64,000 nucleotides of DNA from Dehalococcoidia bacterium (lineage in GTDB: Bacteria > Chloroflexota > Dehalococcoidia > SHYB01 > SHYL01), in NCBI GenBank assembly GCA_009692825.1, contig SHYL01000001.1, positions 2,866 through 66,865 of the forward strand, in the 5' to 3' direction. This document shows positions 52,370 through 60,635 of this stretch, piece after piece. The notes under the pieces are model-generated. The model was not told the DNA's origin. It did not search any database and was given only the letters and a program-made list of their open reading frames with translations. Every line of letters begins with the position of its first letter. Position 1 is the first letter of the stretch. The position numbers and the translations under genes were made by a program.

Positions 52370-53596
52370 ATGACAGACTTAATAACGGTTTCGTTAACCG
52401 CTGGGAAGGGCGGGAGAGGACACGTCTCCTTTAGAAGGACAAAACAGGTAACTAAGGGGGGGCCGGATGGGGGTTATGGAGGGAATGGAGGGGACGTAGT
52501 TATTGAAGCGAGGGAAGACGTAAGGGATCTAGTGGAGCTTAAGGGGAGGCCGAAAATAGTTGCCGGGGCTGGGGGAGAAGGAGGGAAAAGCGGACTTGCA
52601 GGGAAAAGAGGAGAAAACCTACGAATAAAGGTTCCGGTAGGAACTATCGTGCGGAGAGATAATGCTGAGGGCAGGATAGAAGCGGATCTCGAAGTGGACG
52701 GGGACGCCGTAATTGTTCTGGGAGGAGGAGTGGGGGGTAGAGGGAACATCACTTTTGCGGGCCCCCGGAACAGAACGCCGATTCTAGCTGAGGCTGGAGA
52801 GCTGGGTGAAACAGCGCTTGTTGAAATTGAGGTTCGCGTGAAGGCAGACATGGCGATAATCGGGCAGACCCAGGCAGGTAAATCATCCCTGCTGAATCTA
52901 TTAACTAACGCAGGCGTTGAGGAACGGGAGTATTCCTACTCTACAGCCGAACCCGTTATAGGCTCAGTCACAATAAGAGGGAAAGAAAAGAAAGTTATAG
53001 AGATCCCAGGATTGTTCCGAGCGGGAGAAGAAAAGACTGGGCTAGGCAGTAAGTTCTTAAGGCATGCGGATAGAGCAAACTTCCTAGTATTGATGATTTC
53101 GGAAGAAAATGATCTGAGTAACGAAGCGGAGCGGCTGGACGCAATTTTTTCAGAATCGTGGCCCGCGCTCCTTGAGAAGCCCCGAATTTATGTAAGGGCG
53201 AAAAGGAAGAACCACCGATTCGATGTTTACGCTAAGGACAAGAGCAGCCTTCACCAAAATATGCCGGCTGAGGAATTAAAGGTTCTCCTACTGTCAGAGT
53301 TATCAAAAACTGAAAATAGAGACAGAACAAAAGCCAAGAATTACGATATGGGGCGGCTTAAGAACAGGGACAGACTTCAGAATGAAGACCCCATAGTAGA
53401 AAAATCGGGTACACAGTATGTTCTTAAATCTACCCTTGCTGAAATGCTTGCGCATGGAACGGACATGAATACGTGGGAAGCTCAGTCACAATTCAGAGGA
53501 CAGCTTAAGGACTGGAAGCTCGCAAGACTTATCGAACGGCAAGGGATTAAAGAGGGGGATGAATTGCGGGTGGGCAAGAAAGTTGTAAAGTGGTAA
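52370..53596 (+). CDS. obg: Obg-family GTPase-like protein with divergent G motifs
   Basis: Gly-rich Obg-fold N-terminus (GGRGHVSFRR..GGPDGGYGGNGGDV). P-loop GQTQAGKSS. G3 reads EIPG instead of DxxG. No NKxD can be aligned (the aligned region reads AKRKN). There is a C-terminal OCT-like domain. Confidence 0.75.
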   Translation: MTDLITVSLTAGKGGRGHVSFRRTKQVTKGGPDGGYGGNGGDVVIEAREDVRDLVELKGRPKIVAGAGGEGGKSGLAGKRGENLRIKVPVGTIVRRDNAEGRIEADLEVDGDAVIVLGGGVGGRGNITFAGPRNRTPILAEAGELGETALVEIEVRVKADMAIIGQTQAGKSSLLNLLTNAGVEEREYSYSTAEPVIGSVTIRGKEKKVIEIPGLFRAGEEKTGLGSKFLRHADRANFLVLMISEENDLSNEAERLDAIFSESWPALLEKPRIYVRAKRKNHRFDVYAKDKSSLHQNMPAEELKVLLLSELSKTENRDRTKAKNYDMGRLKNRDRLQNEDPIVEKSGTQYVLKSTLAEMLAHGTDMNTWEAQSQFRGQLKDWKLARLIERQGIKEGDELRVGKKVVKW

Positions 53597-54195
53597 AGCA
53601 GAGGCAAATAGGCGTCCTCGGAGGGACGTTTGACCCAATACACCTCGGACACCTGATAATAGCCGAGTACGCAGTTGACGATGCTTCTCTGGATAAAGTG
53701 GTTTTTGTCCCCGCAGGGGAGCCGTATATGAAAAAGAGGACTATTTCCTCCGCGGTCGATCGGCTCGCCATGGTTGAGCTGGCGATTAAAGGGAACCCAA
53801 AATTCGAATCATCTGATGTGGACATAAATCGCGCAGGCCCAACTTATACAATCGATACGTTGAGAGCATTGAGGGCAAAGCTAGGCGATGGGGCTGCACT
53901 TTCCCTGATAATGGGTGCGGATTCCGTGGCTGAACTGCCCAGATGGCATAAAGTAAAAGAACTCTTAACCATATGTACAATCCTGGCATTCGCACGGCCT
54001 GGCGTCACAAGAGTAGTTGCGCCTGAAATGAAGAGCAAAATCAACTGGGTAGAGGCGCCGTTAGTAGAGATAAGCGCTACCGATATAAGAGACCGAGTTA
54101 AAGCGGGTAAGAACATAACTTACATCGTTTCGGAGCGGGTAAAAGATTACATAAAGAAGAGAGGACTGTATCAGAAAAATGGCAAACCTCGATAA
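53590..54195 (+). CDS. nadD: nicotinate-nucleotide adenylyltransferase
   Basis: GGTFDPIHLGH motif, 201 aa. Confidence 0.85.
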   Translation: MVKQRQIGVLGGTFDPIHLGHLIIAEYAVDDASLDKVVFVPAGEPYMKKRTISSAVDRLAMVELAIKGNPKFESSDVDINRAGPTYTIDTLRALRAKLGDGAALSLIMGADSVAELPRWHKVKELLTICTILAFARPGVTRVVAPEMKSKINWVEAPLVEISATDIRDRVKAGKNITYIVSERVKDYIKKRGLYQKNGKPR

Positions 54196-54763
54196 GGCAC
54201 TCCTTGATAGGCTTATGAAGTTGCTTGTTGAAACCGGCGCACTTCAGTTCGGCGAATTCACACTGTCCAGCGGGGTGAAGAGCACCTATTACCTTGACGG
54301 CCGCAAGGCGTCCTATCACCCGGAGGGAGCATATGTGATCGGCCAGCTGGTCTACCAGGCGCTTGAAGGCACCGGAGCAGAGGCCGTAGGCGGGCTTACG
54401 ATGGGTGCTGACCCGATTGCCGTTGGTACGGGTATCGTCAGCCACCAAAAGGGCAAGCCTCTGGCAGTGTTCAGCGTTAGAAAGGAACCCAAGGAGCACG
54501 GCACCCGCAAACTGATAGAGGGCAGCCTTCCTGATAAGCCTGGTGTTAAAGTTGCGATTGTTGACGATACGATGACAACAGGCGCATCGCTGGCAAAGGC
54601 CGCGAGCACGGTGGAGGAAGCAGGTTGCAAAGTGGTGAAGGTTATAGCGATAGTAGATCGCATGCAGGGCGGAGTCGAGGCGCTCAGGAGCAAAGGATAT
54701 GACGTGCAAGTGCTCATAGACCTGGATAAAAGCGGTAAGTTAAGACCATCTGCGCAACCTTAG
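54179..54763 (+). CDS. pyrE: orotate phosphoribosyltransferase
   Basis: PRPP-binding VAIVDDTMTTGAS motif, 194 aa. Confidence 0.85.
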   Translation: MANLDKALLDRLMKLLVETGALQFGEFTLSSGVKSTYYLDGRKASYHPEGAYVIGQLVYQALEGTGAEAVGGLTMGADPIAVGTGIVSHQKGKPLAVFSVRKEPKEHGTRKLIEGSLPDKPGVKVAIVDDTMTTGASLAKAASTVEEAGCKVVKVIAIVDRMQGGVEALRSKGYDVQVLIDLDKSGKLRPSAQP

Positions 54764-54849
54764 AATTTGATTTGACACGTATTTTTAGCGAGACTATATT
54801 TACGAGGCTTTCAGCACTCCTGTCGATACATTCAGAAAGGACATAACAA

Positions 54850-55695
54850 ATGGCACCGTATGCTCACCCCGAAGTATTAGTTGAGACTGATTGGGTAGCT
54901 CAACACAAAAATGATCCCAAAGTGAAAATTGTGGAAGTGGATGTAGATACGTCGGCGTATCAGCAAGGTCACATTTTAGGTTCTATCGCATGGAACTGGA
55001 CTACACAAACCCAGGATCAGGTCCGACGAGACATACTCAATAAAGAGCAGGTAGAAGCTCTTATGAACCAATCCGGCATCAGCAACGATGACACAGTTGT
55101 GCTCTATGGGGATAACAATAACTGGTTCGCGGCATATGCTTTCTGGCTGCTGAAAATGTACGGACATAATGACATCCGCTTGATGAACGGCGGCCGCAAG
55201 AAATGGCTAGACGAAAAGCGCGAAACGACCACTGATGCTTCACCAACACATTCAAGCACAGGATATAAAGCCAAGAATGCAGATTCGAGCCTAAGAGCGC
55301 AGTGGAGTTATGTACACGATGGTTTGTCCAAGAAGGACCGCGCACTTGTTGATGTGAGGTCTCCAGCTGAGTACAAGGGGGAGATATTGGCGCCGCCTGG
55401 TCTTATAGAGACAGCCCAAAGAGCGGGACACATCCCAGGAGCGAACAGCATTCCATGGGGGCAGGCTATGAAGGAAGACAATACTTTCAAATCAGCCGAA
55501 GAGCTCAAAGCCCTCTATGCAGGAAAGGGTGTCACTGAGGATAAAGATGTTGTCGCCTATTGCAGAATCGGCGAGAGGTCATCTCATACATGGTTTGTCC
55601 TTAAATATCTGCTCGGATACAAAAAGGTGCGCAACTATGACGGCTCCTGGACAGAGTGGGGAAGTATGGTAGGAATGCCGATAGAGAAGCCGTAG
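54850..55695 (+). CDS. thiosulfate/3-mercaptopyruvate sulfurtransferase (tandem rhodanese domains)
   Basis: Two rhodanese domains with the active-site CRIGERSS loop. Confidence 0.8.
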   Translation: MAPYAHPEVLVETDWVAQHKNDPKVKIVEVDVDTSAYQQGHILGSIAWNWTTQTQDQVRRDILNKEQVEALMNQSGISNDDTVVLYGDNNNWFAAYAFWLLKMYGHNDIRLMNGGRKKWLDEKRETTTDASPTHSSTGYKAKNADSSLRAQWSYVHDGLSKKDRALVDVRSPAEYKGEILAPPGLIETAQRAGHIPGANSIPWGQAMKEDNTFKSAEELKALYAGKGVTEDKDVVAYCRIGERSSHTWFVLKYLLGYKKVRNYDGSWTEWGSMVGMPIEKP

Positions 55696-55696
55696 C

Positions 55697-56071
55697 ATGA
55701 GCATCAACGAGGCGTCATATGAAGCGCTGCTTCTCAAAAAAGCGCTGGCTCAGGGGAACCTTCAGCTGACGCCAATATTTTTCGATATCGATGTTCTAGA
55801 TAAGTACAGATCAGTGTCATGGTTTTCTCTAATTCGGAGTAATACTATCGGGCGGCTGAAGCGTGAAGGTAGTTGGAGTCTGGACTTTGGCATATCGCCG
55901 GGAGAAAAGGTCATCCATGTTTCCGCTGGGGATATTGCCGATAGGCTGCCTCCTGATGAGCAGGCTCATTGGATAAAGCATCTGTCCGCTCCCGCGATGA
56001 GTCAGAACTTCATGAAGACCAGGCTTACCATAGGGGCATGCATAGACGATGGCGATACCCGGAAATGGTGA
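55697..56071 (+). CDS. hypothetical protein
   Basis: 124-aa ORF tightly packed between neighbouring genes. Confidence 0.4.
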   Translation: MSINEASYEALLLKKALAQGNLQLTPIFFDIDVLDKYRSVSWFSLIRSNTIGRLKREGSWSLDFGISPGEKVIHVSAGDIADRLPPDEQAHWIKHLSAPAMSQNFMKTRLTIGACIDDGDTRKW

Positions 56072-56074
56072 ATC

Positions 56075-56350
56075 ATGGCGAAATTAACAAACGAGCAGAT
56101 TGAAGCTAATCTAAAGACACTGAACGGATGGTCACTTCAGGGTGACTCGATCATAAAGAGATATGTTCTAAAAGACTTTACAAATGCGGTTGCTTTCGTG
56201 AATCATGTGGGTTGGCTGGCCGAGAAAGCAGATCACCACCCCGATATAAACATCCACAGGTATAAAAACGTCACGCTTACGTTTTCAACGCATTCTGAGG
56301 GCGGCATCACAGAGAAAGACTTTGAGATGGCGAAACGGATCGATTCTTAA
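56075..56350 (+). CDS. pterin-4a-carbinolamine dehydratase
   Basis: E..HHPD motif (EKADHHPDINI), 91 aa. Confidence 0.8.
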   Translation: MAKLTNEQIEANLKTLNGWSLQGDSIIKRYVLKDFTNAVAFVNHVGWLAEKADHHPDINIHRYKNVTLTFSTHSEGGITEKDFEMAKRIDS

Positions 56351-56354
56351 ACTG

Positions 56355-56681
56355 TTATCCGCTTGAAAACATCATGCGCCACGTGTGGAGCAGCGGACCG
56401 ACATTTTCTCGCTGAGGCGCTGCAGGAAGTTTCTCTTCTAAATTTCCACCCATCGATTCATACAGGTTCTTGCATATATCCATGAAGGCGTCCAGGTTGC
56501 CCTCCTCTCGAAAGAAATAGATTGTTTCGGTGAATCCCTCTACGAAACTATTGAGGTAATCCTCGTCCTTATTTCCATCGTCCATAAGCCTTATATCAAT
56601 AGCATGAATTATGGCTTCGGCATCCTCCATGCTGTACATAGTCTCGATTTCAATATATTCACCAGATTCTTCGTTGTACAT
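56355..56681 (-). CDS. hypothetical acidic protein
   Basis: 108-aa ORF, strongly acidic. Confidence 0.4.
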   Translation of the reverse strand: MYNEESGEYIEIETMYSMEDAEAIIHAIDIRLMDDGNKDEDYLNSFVEGFTETIYFFREEGNLDAFMDICKNLYESMGGNLEEKLPAAPQRENVGPLLHTWRMMFSSG

Positions 56682-56813
56682 GGCAATTCCTCCGCAACGC
56701 CCACTTTATCAGGTAGTATCAGTTTGGTCTTGAACAACGCTAAAGTATTGCTTAACAGGTCTTTCAGGTGATTGTAGTCCTGGCTAGTGTATTATTTCTG
56801 TGCAGATTCACGG

Positions 56814-56884
56814 TGCCGAGTTGTGTAGCGGTAGCACGGGGGACTTTGAATCCCTTAGCCCAGGTTCGAACCCTGGCTCGGCAG
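56814..56884 (+). tRNA. tRNA-Gln (TTG)
   Basis: Acceptor TGCCGAG/CTCGGCA with U1:A72, anticodon loop CTTTGAA, T-arm CCAGG-TTCGAAC-CCTGG, discriminator G. CCA is not encoded. Confidence 0.8.
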
Positions 56885-56886
56885 CA

Positions 56887-56988
56887 TCATCTTTTCCTCA
56901 GGTCGTCATCATTCTTCACGCGTTTATAAAACAGGTATGCAAACGCGAAACAGAGGCCAATAAGTAAAATTATCCAGAGTATTGTCAT
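56887..56988 (-). CDS. possible 33-aa single-TM small protein
   Basis: MTILWIILLIGLCFAFAYLFYKRVKNDDDLRKR, with GAGGA about 11 nt upstream. Hydrophobic helix followed by a charged tail. Confidence 0.25.
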   Translation of the reverse strand: MTILWIILLIGLCFAFAYLFYKRVKNDDDLRKR

Positions 56989-57033
56989 CTTTGAAGTGTC
57001 CTCAACAACCTATCAGGATTTGAAGAGATACGA

Positions 57034-57069
57034 AAGAGGGGATGCAATTTGCATCCCCTCTTCAATTTT
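57034..57069 (+). terminator. bidirectional hairpin (aagaggggatgc/gcatcccctctt)
   Basis: 12-bp stem. It lies between tRNA-Gln or the small ORF and the 3' end of the SBP gene. Confidence 0.5.
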
Positions 57070-57081
57070 CTGTTCTGCTAT

Positions 57082-58854
57082 TTAAGGAGCGGTTCTGGTT
57101 GCGTCAGCCAGCCATAGTTCGCTTAAGAATGGCGGACCATTGCGCATCGGGTTATTCCGCACCCTGGAGCTTGCGGCCGTATAACCTTTGCCTACCGGGA
57201 TCCAAATGTTATAAGAGCCCAGTGTGTCGAAGTCCCATAGATACCTAGCATACTGTCTTAGCTTAGCCGGGTCGGTCGCGACCTTCAGTTCCTTGATTAC
57301 CTTGTTCATTTCAGGGTCATTGACCTTGGCCGTATTTTGTACGGCATCCTTATCGTACTTCGTCTTTGCATACCATCCAACATAGCGCTGCTCAAAGAGC
57401 ATGTGCGTAAGCGCTATGTCCTGGTAGGGGCGGTTGAAGTAGTACGGGTTGTACGTCGCCATGTCCATAGGGTTGAGTTCAAACTCTATGCCATTCTGTT
57501 TCAAGAGAGCCTGGAATGTCTGGGCAATGATGGGATACGCACCGCCGCCGAATGCCATCGGACTTGCGATCTTAATCTTTCCATCCACGAAGCCAGCTTC
57601 TACGAGCAGCTTCTTTGCTTCAGTTGGGTTATATTTGTAGTAAGGTCCGAACTTATCGAAGCTGAAAGGCTCGTCGGAAACAAGGTCCCAGGCTATTGGT
57701 ACGCTGTAGTCCCATCGGCCTTCACCTACGACTGTATCCCCATGCTTGGCTTTATCCAAGGACATGTTTACAGCTCGCCTTACCCGAACGTCATTCCACG
57801 GAGCTTTGGTTGAGTTTAGGGTCATGCCCTGGCCACCACTGCGCCCCGTATAGAACACGCGCATATCCATGTTTGTACCAAGAGCAACTATATCGTCTGT
57901 GTTTCCGAGTGGGAAATCCGTCTGCCCTGCCCGGAAAGCAGCCACTGAGGTTGCGCGGTCAGGGATGTAGGCCACCTCAACTGCGTCAGTGTAAGGCAGG
58001 ACATTGCCCTTAGCGTCCTTCTGCCAGTAATCAGGATTCCTAACAAAGCTTGCGCCCTGTCGAAGTTCGAAACGCTTCAGTATGTAAGGGCCTGTGCCAA
58101 TCGCGGTAGTAGTGAGTGAACCGCCCCCATCGCGTACAAGCTCTGGTGGGAGGATGTAATCGATGATCGCGAACAACTCATTTACTGCGAAAGCATTAGG
58201 CTCTTTTAACTTCACTACGACTGTGTATTTATCCGGTGCGGTAGCATCTTCCACCTGTCCGTAGCGGTCAAAGCTAGTTGAGTCTATTTCTTTGTAGCGC
58301 TTGATATTGAAGACTACGTCATCCGCGACGAACTCGCGACCGTTCAATGGCGCTACCATCTGCCACTTAATACCCTTTTTCAGCTTGAAGGTGTATGTCG
58401 TAAGGTCTGCGGAAGCAGTCCAGCTATCCGCAAGCAATGGCGCCAGTGTACTGAATTCGTTGTCCTTATTTGGGCCCCACTCATAGAGCTTTTCATAAGC
58501 ATATTTCATGGTATCCGATAGACCGGCACTCTGGTTTCTCTTGGAATCCAGAATGAATGAAAACGTGGTTGGTCTTCGGAGAGTTCCGCCATATTTGATA
58601 TTATCCATCTCAGCTTGGCCTAGAAATGCCTTGTCGAGAACGGTACCAGTCTGCCCCTTAACTGTGGGAACTGCAGTAACCGTAGGGCCACTTGCGGATG
58701 GAACAGTGGTAGCTGTGCCAGTCTTCGGTGGATTGGTTGCTTGAACTGCGGGGGTCTCTTTCTCGCCACCACCGCAAGCTGCAAGCATCACGCCCGTGAC
58801 TGCAAGGGCAAGGAGATGCTTAGAAATGCTTGATAGTCTCATAATGCTCCTCAA
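57082..58854 (-). CDS. ABC transporter substrate-binding lipoprotein, family 5 (peptide/nickel)
   Basis: Lipobox LAAC, 590 aa, SBP_bac_5 layout. Confidence 0.85.
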   Translation of the reverse strand: MRSIMRLSSISKHLLALAVTGVMLAACGGGEKETPAVQATNPPKTGTATTVPSASGPTVTAVPTVKGQTGTVLDKAFLGQAEMDNIKYGGTLRRPTTFSFILDSKRNQSAGLSDTMKYAYEKLYEWGPNKDNEFSTLAPLLADSWTASADLTTYTFKLKKGIKWQMVAPLNGREFVADDVVFNIKRYKEIDSTSFDRYGQVEDATAPDKYTVVVKLKEPNAFAVNELFAIIDYILPPELVRDGGGSLTTTAIGTGPYILKRFELRQGASFVRNPDYWQKDAKGNVLPYTDAVEVAYIPDRATSVAAFRAGQTDFPLGNTDDIVALGTNMDMRVFYTGRSGGQGMTLNSTKAPWNDVRVRRAVNMSLDKAKHGDTVVGEGRWDYSVPIAWDLVSDEPFSFDKFGPYYKYNPTEAKKLLVEAGFVDGKIKIASPMAFGGGAYPIIAQTFQALLKQNGIEFELNPMDMATYNPYYFNRPYQDIALTHMLFEQRYVGWYAKTKYDKDAVQNTAKVNDPEMNKVIKELKVATDPAKLRQYARYLWDFDTLGSYNIWIPVGKGYTAASSRVRNNPMRNGPPFLSELWLADATRTAP

Positions 58855-59049
58855 CTTTTAGTTTGATAACGAACTAGGATAACATAAAAGTCCCACAAAA
58901 CGGCAGTAGCGGGGAGTTTACATAAATCTTCACTATCGATTATTACCAGCGAGTTATGAGCCATGATAAAGCTAATAACGGCACAGACATGCTTAGAAGC
59001 TTTAAAATCCTTTCAGGAGTCCCCATCAAATTGTTCAGAGAGATTTGTG

Positions 59050-60375
59050 TCAACTAAGGTGCTCTGCTGCAAGTGGTTGTGGGGTTTTAAGTGGCGGCCT
59101 TGTTTTCGCAAACATGAAAGCGCATAAGATGAGAGCGGCTGCACTGGCCCACCATACCGGTTCAAGCTTGCCCGTAAGATCGCCAATATAGCCTGTGAGC
59201 GGTCCACCCGCCGCACTGAACGCCATAACTATCATCATTGAATAGCCGCGTATGCTGCCTACATTGCTCCTGCCGAAAAAGTCGGCCCATATCGTGCTTT
59301 GGAGAACCATGAGAATTCCGAGCGAGAAGCCCCATGTAGCGGACGACATGAACATCAGAGTAGGGCCATGAGCCACCGATACTAGTGAGATACTGGTAGC
59401 CAGAAGCAGGAATCCAAAAACAGCAAGATTCCGACCGCCCACTCTGGTAGCGATTGAGCCGACGCATAAGGCCATCACTGCGGCAGTCATACCCTCCATT
59501 GGCCCTAGCAATGACACTATCCTGTCGCTGATGCCCTGGTCCTGAAAATAAGGGACGCGAAAGACATTTATCGTTGCGGTGGCAAACATCTGGACACCGA
59601 AAGCTAGCGTTAGTGCCCAAAATGCTTTTGTGCGCAGTGCTTCGTGGCGTGTCCACTGAGTCTCGGACGCTAGCGCAGGCCTGCTTCCTGATTTGACCTC
59701 GGATTTGCTGGCTGCTCCGTCCGGCAGAAGCCCCATATCCTCAGGCTGAGCACGCAGCAATAAGATCGATACCGGAACGACAATTACCGCGCCTGCAATG
59801 CCAAGAATCATCCACGTCGCTCTCCAGCCATAAGCGCCTATCAGCATTTGAGTGACGGGGAAGGAGAGCATGATACCGACGGGCACGCCGAGATAGACGT
59901 ACGCCATAGCCTTTGCGCGCTTTTCTATAAACCATTTGGCCGGTGTTGTTGAAGTGAGCAGCTGGGAGCCGCCCGTCAGCCCAATAAATCCAAACATTGC
60001 GAATATGCCGATGGTTTCCCAGGCATGGTGAACGGTGCCCATTAATACCATTAGAATGCCTACAAGCAGGCCGATGGCTGCCAGTATCCACTTTGGGCCG
60101 TGCTTGTCCAGCATGCGCCCCAAAAAGACACTACTGGCGGCCGCAGTGAGCACGCGCGTGGTATTCATCCATCCGAATGTAGCTTGGCTGAAGCCTAGCT
60201 CCTCGCGCATGGGTTTGACGAAAAAGCCGAAGTTTGCGGAGCCCATCGTGATTGCAACGCCGGTTATTGCCGTCATCGCCCAGACGATGACCCATCCGTA
60301 GAAAAGGCCGCTGTGTTTCTTTGGAGAATCTTGAGAGATTGTTTTCATAATTATCGTCTGACTAGGATACACCAT
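59050..60375 (-). CDS. MFS transporter
   Basis: 12 predicted TM helices, 441 aa. The start may be the internal ATG at 60348. Confidence 0.8.
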   Translation of the reverse strand: MVYPSQTIIMKTISQDSPKKHSGLFYGWVIVWAMTAITGVAITMGSANFGFFVKPMREELGFSQATFGWMNTTRVLTAAASSVFLGRMLDKHGPKWILAAIGLLVGILMVLMGTVHHAWETIGIFAMFGFIGLTGGSQLLTSTTPAKWFIEKRAKAMAYVYLGVPVGIMLSFPVTQMLIGAYGWRATWMILGIAGAVIVVPVSILLLRAQPEDMGLLPDGAASKSEVKSGSRPALASETQWTRHEALRTKAFWALTLAFGVQMFATATINVFRVPYFQDQGISDRIVSLLGPMEGMTAAVMALCVGSIATRVGGRNLAVFGFLLLATSISLVSVAHGPTLMFMSSATWGFSLGILMVLQSTIWADFFGRSNVGSIRGYSMMIVMAFSAAGGPLTGYIGDLTGKLEPVWWASAAALILCAFMFAKTRPPLKTPQPLAAEHLS

Positions 60376-60635
60376 GTCTAACGATGGTTAGCTAACGTGC
60401 GAAGTTGATGAATTGGGAGGGATAATTAGTGGTTGGTGTGAAAGGATTCGAACCGATGGCAGCGACCCCACCTTGTCTTCAGGGAGCAAGATAATTGGGA
60501 TCTAGTTGGAGTTCAAGGAGTCGAAGGGAGTATTCCACGATTTGCCTGCACGAGCAAAGTACACCGATAAATCGAAAATAGTAATGTTATATTTTAAAGG
60601 TGACTCAACTAGACAGCGTGTTTTAGGATTATGCG

